36,080 nt of DNA from an uncultured Clostridia bacterium (GTDB taxonomy: Bacteria; Bacillota; Dehalobacteriia; UBA4068), in the NCBI GenBank assembly GCA_944390435.1, contig CALXQC010000012.1, positions 1 to 36,080 on the forward strand, written 5' to 3'. Under the pieces are notes generated by a model. It was not told where the DNA came from. It was given only the letters and a program-made list of their open reading frames with translations, and searched no databases. Shown here one piece after another: positions 6,871-15,158 of this stretch. The first letter of the stretch is position 1. The number at the start of each line of letters is the position of its first letter. Made by a program: the position numbers and the translations under genes.

Positions 6871-8436
6871 ATGGCGATCCAGGGAGAGAACGGCTGCCGT
6901 GTTCTGCTGGAGGGGCGCACGGTTCAAGCCCGCTCCGGCCAGACCATCAGCCGGCTGCTGCAGGGGCGGCAGCTGGCGGTAGAGCTGCCCTGCGGCGGAA
7001 ATGGTAAATGCGGCAAGTGCAAGGTTCGGGCCAGCGGCTGCCTTTCGCCGCTGAGCCGGGAAGAGCAGGCGCTGCTCACTCCGGCGGAGATTGCGGCGCA
7101 GATCCGTTTGGCCTGCTGCACTATGATAGAAGGCGATTGCCGTATCGAGCTGATACAGGACAGCGAGCTGGCCAAGATTGCCGTGCATGGCGCCGCCGCT
7201 GTGACGGTGCGGCAGCCGCGCTACCGCCGTTATGGCCTGGCGGTTGATATCGGCACTACTACAGTGGCGATGAAATTATTCGACCGGCAGCGCGAACTGG
7301 GGGATCACTCCGGCCGCAATAGCCAGAGCGTTTTCGGCGCCGATGTCATCACCCGTATTGACCAGGCGCTGCACGGCCGCAGCCGCCAGATTCAGCAAGT
7401 CACTGCCGCCGGCCTTAATGAAATGATCAGCAGCCTCTGCTCAGCCTGCTCGATCGGCTCAGAAGAGATTGATCTGGCGGTGATTACCGGCAATACCGCG
7501 ATGCTGTATCTGCTGACTGGTTCTGATCCGGACTGCCTGGCGCATACGCCGTTTATCGCTGACCGGCTGTTTGGTGAGACAGTGCCGCCGGGGCAGCTGG
7601 GTTTGCAGTTAGCTCCCGCGGCGCAGGTGTATCTCACCCGCTGCCTCTCTGCTTATGTCGGCGGGGACATTGCCTCGGCGATTTTGGCCAGCGGCATTAC
7701 CGCTACGCCGGAGACCGCGCTGCTGGCGGATATCGGCACTAATGGCGAGATGGCGCTGTGGCATCAGCAGCGGCTGCTGTGCTGCTCCACCGCAGCCGGA
7801 CCGGCTTTTGAAGGCGCGGAGATCACGATGGGCATGAACGCTGTTCCCGGCGCTATCGACCAGCTATGGATCGCTGACCAGCAGATTGCCTGCCATGTGA
7901 TCGGCGATATTGCCCCGCACGGTTTATGCGGCAGCGGCATTATCGATGCCGTCAGCGTGCTGAGGGAATTGGAGCTGATCCAGCCGAGCGGCGCTTTTGC
8001 CAAGGAAGATTTGGCCGCGCGGCAGTTGGCTGCTGAGCTGAGCGGACAACCGGCCTGCTGTCTGGCAGAGGGGGTTTATCTCAGCCAGCGCGATATCCGC
8101 CAGGTGCAGCTGGCCAAAAGCGCAATCTGCGCCGGGATGCGAACCCTGGCGGCAGTGGCAGGAATCAGCCTCGATGAGGTGCAGACCCTTTATCTGGCTG
8201 GCGGTTTCGGTAATTATCTCAATATCGCCAGCGCAGTCAAGATCGGCTTGCTGCCGCAGCAGCTGGCGGCAAAAACACGGGTGATCGGCAATGCGGCGCT
8301 GCACGGAGCAGCGCTGGCGCTGACAGACGAGCGTTTTAGCGAGCGGGAATTGCTGTCCTCGCTGCCGGTAGAAGTGGTGGATCTGGCGGCAAACCCGGTA
8401 TTTATGAAGCAGTATATCGGCTGTATGGAGTTTTAG
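6871..8436 (+). CDS. Corrinoid reductive activase (RACo/RamA-like): 2Fe-2S ferredoxin domain plus ASKHA ATPase domain
   Basis: N-terminal CGGNGKCGKCKV...C plant-type ferredoxin motif. ASKHA signatures GLAVDIGTTTV and ADIGTNGE. Start placed at ATG 6871, behind a GGGAGG RBS. The ORF track opens at GTG 6853. Confidence 0.85.
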   Translation: MAIQGENGCRVLLEGRTVQARSGQTISRLLQGRQLAVELPCGGNGKCGKCKVRASGCLSPLSREEQALLTPAEIAAQIRLACCTMIEGDCRIELIQDSELAKIAVHGAAAVTVRQPRYRRYGLAVDIGTTTVAMKLFDRQRELGDHSGRNSQSVFGADVITRIDQALHGRSRQIQQVTAAGLNEMISSLCSACSIGSEEIDLAVITGNTAMLYLLTGSDPDCLAHTPFIADRLFGETVPPGQLGLQLAPAAQVYLTRCLSAYVGGDIASAILASGITATPETALLADIGTNGEMALWHQQRLLCCSTAAGPAFEGAEITMGMNAVPGAIDQLWIADQQIACHVIGDIAPHGLCGSGIIDAVSVLRELELIQPSGAFAKEDLAARQLAAELSGQPACCLAEGVYLSQRDIRQVQLAKSAICAGMRTLAAVAGISLDEVQTLYLAGGFGNYLNIASAVKIGLLPQQLAAKTRVIGNAALHGAALALTDERFSERELLSSLPVEVVDLAANPVFMKQYIGCMEF

Positions 8437-8500
8437 CCGCTGCAATATGTTGCTGACAGTATTGATCAGATAAACAAAATCAAGGTAAAGGAGTGTTTAT

Positions 8501-9499
8501 ATGAACGGATATGAAAGAACAGTAAAGTTTCTCGCTGGGGAAAAGGTCGATCGACCGCCTTTTATGCCGCTGGTGATCGACTGGGTATGTATCCAGGAGG
8601 GGCTGAGCCAGGAAGAATTCGTCTATGATCCGATCAAGAGGGCTCAGGCCTATATTCACTGCTGCGACCAATATAATATCGACTGCATCCTGCCAGACTC
8701 GGATTTCCATGAACAGCTGGAGGATTTCGGTCAAAAACCGGTGCTTAGCGACAGCGGCTACCATGCCGACCCGATCCTCGAGGATCCCGCCGATGTGCAT
8801 CAGCTGCCCAAGCCCACCTTTGAGCCGGGCACGCGCATGGGCAACCGCCTGATCACCCTTCAGGAGGTGCTGAAAGCGCGTAAAGAAGAGAAGTTTATCT
8901 TCGGCATCTGCATCGGCCCGTTTACTGAATACTGCAATGCCCGCGGCATGGAGGACGCCCTCTGCGAGCTGCTGGATGATGAAGACGCGACCATGGACGG
9001 GATTAAGTTCTTCTACGAGAACGGCATGAAATTCATCGAAAAGCAGATGGCGCTGGGCATTAACGGCATCCAAATCGTCGAGCCGAACTGCTCGCTGATT
9101 TCTCCGGCGATGTACGAAGAATTCATTATGCCGCTGCATATCGAGATGGTTAAGCTGATCCAGTCCTATGGCGGCGCATCCCGGCTCCATATCTGCGGCG
9201 ATACCAACCGCCTGCTGCCGTATACTCTGGGCACCGGCACCACGATCTTAGACGTAGACTCCGAAGTCGATATGGCGCTGGCTTACTCCAAACTGGCTGA
9301 TAATCAATATCTGTGGGGAAATCTCAGCCCGGCTGAGGATCTTTATCTGGGCAAGCCCGAAGATCTCTTCCCCAAGGTGAAAAAGGTTTATGACGATACC
9401 CATAACCGCACCATCATTGCTGTCGGCTGCGATGTGCCGCCGCCGACCAGCGTCGAGAATATGATCGCCTTCTATGAGGCGGTGGAAGCGCTGAAATAA
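8501..9499 (+). CDS. URO-D/MtaA-family methylcorrinoid methyltransferase (canonical Zn motif)
   Basis: 332 aa. HxC (RLHICGD) and distal Cys (AVGCDVPPPTSVENM) are intact. AGGAG RBS. Confidence 0.85.
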   Translation: MNGYERTVKFLAGEKVDRPPFMPLVIDWVCIQEGLSQEEFVYDPIKRAQAYIHCCDQYNIDCILPDSDFHEQLEDFGQKPVLSDSGYHADPILEDPADVHQLPKPTFEPGTRMGNRLITLQEVLKARKEEKFIFGICIGPFTEYCNARGMEDALCELLDDEDATMDGIKFFYENGMKFIEKQMALGINGIQIVEPNCSLISPAMYEEFIMPLHIEMVKLIQSYGGASRLHICGDTNRLLPYTLGTGTTILDVDSEVDMALAYSKLADNQYLWGNLSPAEDLYLGKPEDLFPKVKKVYDDTHNRTIIAVGCDVPPPTSVENMIAFYEAVEALK

Positions 9500-9530
9500 G
9501 CGCGGCGCTGCAACTGCTCAATAATACCAG

Positions 9531-9568
9531 AAAAAGAGCCTATCGCTAACGATAGGCTCTTTGGTTTT
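9531..9568. terminator. Bidirectional terminator between convergent operons
   Basis: agagcctatcg-ctaa-cgataggctct flanked by A5 on the left and ttggtttt on the right. Confidence 0.75.
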
Positions 9569-9597
9569 AGAGCAGATTTGTGCAGTGCAAAGGTGTG

Positions 9598-9825
9598 TTA
9601 TTCAGCGTTCAGCGGCTCAATTCTCCCTGCCAGTCGATGCCGCTGCAGCAGCTCCTCGATCTGGGGACGCAGCTCTGTGGCAAAGCGCAGCGAAATGCCG
9701 CAGCTGGCGGAAAACTGGCGCGGCACCGGCATCAGCGTGACCGGCAGCACTGCCTTGAGCGTTTTTTCCGCCCGGATCGCATCATGGGTAGAATCAAACA
9801 AAATCACTGAATAAGCTAAACTCAT
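9598..9825 (-). CDS. DUF3343 small protein (putative Se/S carrier-like partner of YedF)
   Basis: 75 aa, MSLAYSVILFDSTHDAIRAEKTLK...CGISLRF. Its ATG overlaps the yedF stop (ATGA), which suggests translational coupling. Confidence 0.7.
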   Translation of the reverse strand: MSLAYSVILFDSTHDAIRAEKTLKAVLPVTLMPVPRQFSASCGISLRFATELRPQIEELLQRHRLAGRIEPLNAE

Positions 9826-10430
9826 AGAGAAATCACCTTGGATGCGGCCTGCATCCGGCTGAGAATATCATACATATTGCTGACGGTGCCGACCTTCAGC
9901 TGATCGCTCAGCTCATAGAAATTGAGGCAAGTGCCGCAAACCAGCAGCTCTACGCCCTTATCAACTAGGGTTTGCAGGTGCTCGATGGTATCGGGATTAT
10001 TGACCGCCAGTTTGACGCCGGCATTCATCAGCAACACCTGCGCCGGCAGATCATCGCTTTCGGCGAGGGTATAGAAGAACATCTTCATCAGTGAGCTGCC
10101 CAGCTCGCGGTCGCCGTCGCCGATCACATCACGGCCGACAAATACCGCCCAGCTGCCGCCGGGAGCGCATTGCTGCGCCGCCTGCACTGCTGCGGTCACT
10201 GCAGCGGCATCGCTGGCGGCGCCGTTGCTGGTGAGGGTGAGGCGGAAACCGCCGGCGATCTCTTCCTGTGCCACATCAAAGGACATAGCACCGGCCAGAC
10301 GGCTGACATTCTGTACGGCTACTGGATTATCGACTTCGACGATCAACTCTTTAGCGCCGGCGTCGATTTCTTTTTTGGTCATGATCACTGGGATAGGACA
10401 ATTTTTGCCTTTGGCATCTACGATTTTCAT
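9822..10430 (-). CDS. yedF: Selenium metabolism protein YedF (TusA/SirA-like N-domain plus DsrE-like C-domain)
   Basis: MKIVDAKGKNCPIPVIMTKKEI (CPxP TusA motif). C-terminal domain with LLVCGTCLNFYEL. Start placed at ATG 10430, behind a GGAGG RBS. The ORF track opens at 10484. Confidence 0.75.
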   Translation of the reverse strand: MKIVDAKGKNCPIPVIMTKKEIDAGAKELIVEVDNPVAVQNVSRLAGAMSFDVAQEEIAGGFRLTLTSNGAASDAAAVTAAVQAAQQCAPGGSWAVFVGRDVIGDGDRELGSSLMKMFFYTLAESDDLPAQVLLMNAGVKLAVNNPDTIEHLQTLVDKGVELLVCGTCLNFYELSDQLKVGTVSNMYDILSRMQAASKVISL

Positions 10431-10512
10431 CTTGGCCTCCTCTAATATTGCGCTGCGCCTATTGCGCATGGCGGACTCAAACAATAGAGCAGCTAACGCC
10501 GCTTATGCTACA

Positions 10513-10541
10513 AGAATATAGCAAGCCGGCGATGATGTCAA
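10513..10541 (-). promoter_or_regulatory. Putative promoter of yedF-DUF3343
   Basis: On the minus strand: TTGACA (10541-10536), 17 nt, TATTCT (10518-10513). Confidence 0.45.
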
Positions 10542-10635
10542 ACCAGCCGGCAGCGTGCTGCCGGCGCGGAGCGTAGGGTTTAGGAGGCATTATAGATGTT
10601 TTCTATTAATCCTGTCTTTGTATTGCAAAATATTA

Positions 10636-10998
10636 TCAATCTGCTGCCCGGCAAAGGGCCTCTTCCCATTGCGCCTGGCGGAAGCCGATCAGCACGGTGT
10701 CCCCATCGATCAGCAGCGGCCGTTTGACCAGCATCCCATCACTAGCCAGCAGCTCCAGCTGCTCATCCTCGCTCATTGCGGGCAGCTTATCCTTGAGCTC
10801 CAGGGCGCGGTACTGCATGCCGCTGGTATTGAAGAATTTCTTCAGCGGCTGACCGCTGAGCTGCTGCCAGCTGCGCAGCTCATCCGCACGGGGGCGGTCT
10901 GTTTTAATATCGCGCAGCGTGTAGGCAAGATTTGCCGCATCCAGCCAAGACTTGGCTTTTTGGCAGGTGCTTCATTTAGGGTAGCAGATAAAAAGCAT
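10636..10998 (-). CDS. ArsC/Spx/YffB-family thiol-redox protein with in-frame TGA (UxxC): predicted selenoprotein
   Basis: ATG 10998 sits behind a GGAGG RBS. Translation: MLFICYPK-[TGA 10974-10972]-STCQKAKSWLDAANLAYTLRDIKTDRP...LLASDGMLVKRPLLIDGDTVLIGF. The TGA occupies the first Cys of the family CxxC. The reading frame is continuous with the 60-aa ORF 10636..10818 (363 nt in total). Confidence 0.75.
10933..10974 (-). promoter_or_regulatory. UGA plus SECIS-like hairpin of the ArsC-family gene
   Basis: The mRNA reads UGA AGC ACC UGCC-AAAA-AGCCAA-GUC-UUGGCU-GGAUGC-GGCA. The apical G-U-C loop lies about 21 nt after the UGA and resembles the GGUC apical loop of the E. coli fdhF SECIS. Confidence 0.6.
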
Positions 10999-11014
10999 GA
11001 GGATACCTCCTTGA

Positions 11015-11047
11015 TAAAAAATCCCGGCCGAGCGCAGCGGCCGGGAT
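11015..11047 (-). terminator. Rho-independent terminator after carB
   Basis: Minus-strand AUCCCGGCCG-CUGCGCU-CGGCCGGGAU followed by U6. The RBS of the ArsC-like gene follows within about 10 nt. Confidence 0.75.
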
Positions 11048-11063
11048 AAGGATTTGGCTAGTC

Positions 11064-14000
11064 TTACAGCTCGATGACGCCTTCAAAGTCCTTGCTGGCG
11101 TCGCCGGTCATCAGCACGCCGTGTGCGGTGCGCTTGATTACCAGATCTCCGCCCTTTTGTTTGACGAAGATATCTTGATCCATCGGGCATAGCTGCTGTT
11201 CAGTCGCTGCCGCGACCACCGCGCAGGCAGAATCGCCGGAGGCCAGGGTCTCGCCGATGCCGCGTTCCCAGGCGCGCATTCTGATCGTGCTCCAATCAGT
11301 CACCGCGGCGAAGGCCACATGAGCGCGGTTGGGGAAGATGGCGGCGTTTTCCAGCAGCGGGCCGACAGTCTGCATATCGATAGCATCGACATCGGGGACG
11401 AAAATCACGCAGTGCGGATTGCCCATTGACAGACAGGTGATGCGGAAATCATAACCGCCGGTAGAGAAGGGCTGGTCGATAACCGGGCCGGCACGGCGTA
11501 CCGGTACGGAAGAGGCGTTGAAGTCCGGCTGCCCCATATCTACAGTAACGGAATTGACTTCATTTTCCTGGATAAAGAGATCCATTTCGCGGACACGGCC
11601 GCCGGTCTCGATACACATCCGTGTTTTCGGCACCCGTCCGCTCTCGTAGAGATACTTGGCGACGCAGCGGATCGCATTGCCGCCGATTTCATCCGGGCTA
11701 CCGTCGGCGTTGAACTTGCGCATAGCGGCGTCGGCCCTCCATGAGGGCTCGATGAGAATAATATTGTCGGCGCCGATGCCACGGCTGCGGCTGGTCAGGC
11801 GCACGGCAAGGGACTCGGGGTTATCGATATCCTGGTCGAAGCAGTCGAAGCAGATACTGTCGCTGCCGCTGCCGCGCATTTTGACGAAGCGCAGCTCCTG
11901 CTTGCTGTTGGGCAGGCGGGCGATGTCGATCAGCTCCATATTGCGCTGATTATAGCCGCTTTCGATAACATCAGCCAGAACATTGGCGGTATCGATGCTG
12001 GTCAGGCAGGGGATACGGCTGGTGACTGCCTTGCGCCGCATCTGCACGCTGTCGCGGTGCGGCATCTGGCCGGACTCCGAGGTGGAGATGACATAATTGA
12101 TTTTGCCGCTTTCCAGCAGGTCGATGATATCATTTTCGCCTTCGTGAATCTTGCCTACCGAGGTGGTAGTGATACCGTTGCGGTTAAGCAGCTCAGCAGT
12201 GCCGGCGGTGGCGTACATCTCAAAGCCATGATTGAAGAAGCGGCGCGCGGTGGAGACGATCTCCGGTTTGTCACGATCCTGCACGGTGATCAGCATACCG
12301 CCCTTGTTGGTCAGGGTATAGCCGGCGGATAGCAGCGCCTTATACATCGCCTCTTCGATAGTGCGGCCGATGCCCAGCACCTCGCCGGTGGATTTCATTT
12401 CCGGACCGAGCGTGGTATCAACGCCGGCCAGCTTCTCGAAGGAGAAGACCGGCGCCTTGACAGCCTTGCAGGCCGCCTCCCGGTACAAACCAGGAGTATA
12501 TCCCATATCGATCAGCCGTTCTCCCAGCATAGCGCGGGTAGCGATTTCGACGATCGGCAGCCCGGTGACCTTGCTCATATAGGGAACGGTACGCGAGGCG
12601 CGCGGATTGGCCTCGATGATATAAACTTTATTATGATGAATGACAAACTGGATATTGATCAGCCCGTGCGTCGCCAGCGCGATCGCCAGGGTGCGGGTGA
12701 TCTCGCATAGCTGACGGATCACCGGACCGGAAAGATTGCGCGGCGGATACATGGCGATGGAGTCGCCGCTGTGGATGCCGGCCCGCTCGACATGCTCCAT
12801 GATGCCGGGGATCAGCACTTCTTCACCGTCGCAGATGGCGTCGACCTCTACTTCCAGGCCCATTAGATATTTATCGACCAGGATCGGGTTTTCGATCGGG
12901 CTGCCGGAGAGGATGATATCCATATAGCGGTCGATCGCCTCATCGGAGAAGGCGATGCTCATATTCTGGCCGCCTAGCACATAGGAGGGGCGTACCAGCA
13001 CCGGGTATTCCAGATCATGGGCGGCGGCCAGGGCTTCTTCCTTGGTGAATACCGAGTGGCCCTGCGGCCGCTGCACACCCAGGCGGCTTAAAATTTCATC
13101 AAAGCGTTCTCTATCCTCGGCAGTATCGATGGAATCCGCCGAGGTGCCGAGGATGCGGATATTGTTTTCCGCCAGCGTACGTGTCAGCTTGATCGCAGTT
13201 TGGCCGCCGAAAGCCACTACCGTGCCGTAGGGCTGCTCGGTGGCAATGATATCCATCACATCTTCGCCGTACAGCGGTTCAAAATAGAGGCGGTCGGCAG
13301 TATCAAAGTCGGTGGAGACCGTCTCAGGGTTATTATTGACCATCACTACTTCATAGCCGAGTTTTTTCAGCGTACGGACGCAGTGGACGGAAGCATAGTC
13401 GAATTCAATGCCCTGGCCGATGCGGATCGGACCGGAACCAAAGACCAGGATCCGTTTTTTACTGCTTTTTTGCTCCTGGAGAAATTCCAGCGCTTCATTT
13501 TCCGTATCATAGGCGGCATAGAAATAAGGGGTCTCGGCCTTAAACTCGCCGGCGCAGGTATCGACCATCTTATAGACCGCCGGAATATGCTCCGGCAGCT
13601 GCTGGCCGCTTAAGCGGGCGATCGCTTTGTCCGGGAAGCCGGCCACTTTGGCTTGATGATACAGCTCCTGGGTCAGCGGGCTGCCGCTCAGCGCGCGTTC
13701 AATCTCTACCAGGTGGATCAGCTTGCCGAGGAACCATTGGTCGATCATCGTCAGCTCATGGATTTTTTCGCTGCTGACGCCGCGTTTCAAGGCCTCGTAG
13801 ACCATGAACAAACGCTCGTCGGTGCTGGTGCTAAGAGCATTAAGCAGCTCTTCGTCGCTGTATTTGGCGAGCTTAGGCTGTGAGAGGGTATCGAGCGAGA
13901 TCTCCGCGCCGCGCACCGCTTTCATCAGCGCCTGCTCAAATGTGGGCGCGATCGACATCACTTCGCCGGTAGCTTTCATCTGCGTGCCTAGTTTGCGGCT

Positions 14001-15104
14001 GGCATAGACGAATTTATCAAAAGGCCATTTCGGCAGTTTAACAACTACATAATCCAGCGTCGGCTCGAAAAAGGCGGTGGTTTTGCCGGTAACGGCATTG
14101 GCGATCTCATCCAGGCGCAGGCCGACAGCGATCTGCGCCGCGACTTTGGCGATCGGGTAGCCGGTCGCCTTGGAAGCCAGCGCAGAGGAGCGGGAGACAC
14201 GGGGGTTAACCTCGATCACCGCGTACTCAAAGCTTTCCGGATGCAGGGCAAACTGGACATTACAGCCGCCTTCTACCTGCAGTTCTTCAATGATCTGCAG
14301 GGCTGCCGAGCGCAGCATCTGATATTCTGGATTAGCCAGGGTTACTGCCGGCGCGATAACGATAGAATCACCGGTATGAACGCCGACTGGGTCAAAGTTT
14401 TCCATTGAGCAGACGGCGATGCTGTTGCCGGCAGCGTCGCGCATCACTTCGAATTCGATTTCTTTCCAGCCGGCGATGCAGCGCTCTACCAGGATCTGCC
14501 CGATCGGCGATTCCTGAATTCCGCCGTGAGCGATCTCGGTCAGCTCCTCCGGATTGTTGGCGATGCCGCCGCCGGAGCCGCCTAGGGTAAAGGCCGGACG
14601 GACAATCACCGGATAGCCGATAGTCTCGGCGAAATCCAACGCCGCTTGTACTTCAGTGACCACTTCGGAAGGCACGCAGGGCTGCCCCAGCTTTTCCATG
14701 GTTTGCTTGAACAGCAGGCGATCCTCGGCCTTATCGATGGTCTCCGGGCCGGCGCCGAGCAGCTCGACGCCTTGTTCCTTGAGGAAGCCGGAGCGGGCCA
14801 GCTTCATCGAGAGAGTCAGGCCGCTTTGGCCGCCCATAGTAGAAATCAGCCCGTCGGGCTTTTCTTTGATAATGATGCGCTGGAGCACGGTTTCGGTGAG
14901 CGGCTCGATATAGATGCGGTCAGCCATCGCCGTGTCGGTCATGATGGTAGCTGGGTTCGGATTGACCAACACTACCTCCAGCCCTAGGGATTTAAGCGCC
15001 CGGCAGGCCTGAGTGCCTGCATAGTCAAATTCAGCTGCCTGGCCGATGACGATAGGGCCGGAGCCGATCAGCATTACTTTTTTGAGATTTTTATTCAGCG
15101 GCAT
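11064..15104 (-). CDS. carB: Carbamoyl-phosphate synthase large subunit fused to a C-terminal DapF-fold (diaminopimelate epimerase-like) domain that lacks both catalytic Cys
   Basis: 1346 aa, uninterrupted. Residues 1 to ~1068 are a typical CarB (two ATP-grasp halves, GSGPIVIGQAAEFDY / GSGPIRIGQGIEFDY, MGS-like domain). Residues ~1071-1346 align with DapF (FVKMRGSGSD, FNADGSPDEIGGNAIRC, SMGNPHCV, ERGIGETLASGDSAC). Confidence 0.85.
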   Translation of the reverse strand: MPLNKNLKKVMLIGSGPIVIGQAAEFDYAGTQACRALKSLGLEVVLVNPNPATIMTDTAMADRIYIEPLTETVLQRIIIKEKPDGLISTMGGQSGLTLSMKLARSGFLKEQGVELLGAGPETIDKAEDRLLFKQTMEKLGQPCVPSEVVTEVQAALDFAETIGYPVIVRPAFTLGGSGGGIANNPEELTEIAHGGIQESPIGQILVERCIAGWKEIEFEVMRDAAGNSIAVCSMENFDPVGVHTGDSIVIAPAVTLANPEYQMLRSAALQIIEELQVEGGCNVQFALHPESFEYAVIEVNPRVSRSSALASKATGYPIAKVAAQIAVGLRLDEIANAVTGKTTAFFEPTLDYVVVKLPKWPFDKFVYASRKLGTQMKATGEVMSIAPTFEQALMKAVRGAEISLDTLSQPKLAKYSDEELLNALSTSTDERLFMVYEALKRGVSSEKIHELTMIDQWFLGKLIHLVEIERALSGSPLTQELYHQAKVAGFPDKAIARLSGQQLPEHIPAVYKMVDTCAGEFKAETPYFYAAYDTENEALEFLQEQKSSKKRILVFGSGPIRIGQGIEFDYASVHCVRTLKKLGYEVVMVNNNPETVSTDFDTADRLYFEPLYGEDVMDIIATEQPYGTVVAFGGQTAIKLTRTLAENNIRILGTSADSIDTAEDRERFDEILSRLGVQRPQGHSVFTKEEALAAAHDLEYPVLVRPSYVLGGQNMSIAFSDEAIDRYMDIILSGSPIENPILVDKYLMGLEVEVDAICDGEEVLIPGIMEHVERAGIHSGDSIAMYPPRNLSGPVIRQLCEITRTLAIALATHGLINIQFVIHHNKVYIIEANPRASRTVPYMSKVTGLPIVEIATRAMLGERLIDMGYTPGLYREAACKAVKAPVFSFEKLAGVDTTLGPEMKSTGEVLGIGRTIEEAMYKALLSAGYTLTNKGGMLITVQDRDKPEIVSTARRFFNHGFEMYATAGTAELLNRNGITTTSVGKIHEGENDIIDLLESGKINYVISTSESGQMPHRDSVQMRRKAVTSRIPCLTSIDTANVLADVIESGYNQRNMELIDIARLPNSKQELRFVKMRGSGSDSICFDCFDQDIDNPESLAVRLTSRSRGIGADNIILIEPSWRADAAMRKFNADGSPDEIGGNAIRCVAKYLYESGRVPKTRMCIETGGRVREMDLFIQENEVNSVTVDMGQPDFNASSVPVRRAGPVIDQPFSTGGYDFRITCLSMGNPHCVIFVPDVDAIDMQTVGPLLENAAIFPNRAHVAFAAVTDWSTIRMRAWERGIGETLASGDSACAVVAAATEQQLCPMDQDIFVKQKGGDLVIKRTAHGVLMTGDASKDFEGVIEL

Positions 15105-15158
15105 GATGATAATCCTTTCTGCAAAAGATTATGGATGGTTGTCTGGCTGCCCCAGGGA

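Noticed and set aside
5562-9499. Pyrrolysine (in-frame TAG) methylamine methyltransferase genes in the corrinoid locus
   Set aside because: No MttB/MtbB/MtmB-like ORF and no in-frame TAG interruption were found in the locus.
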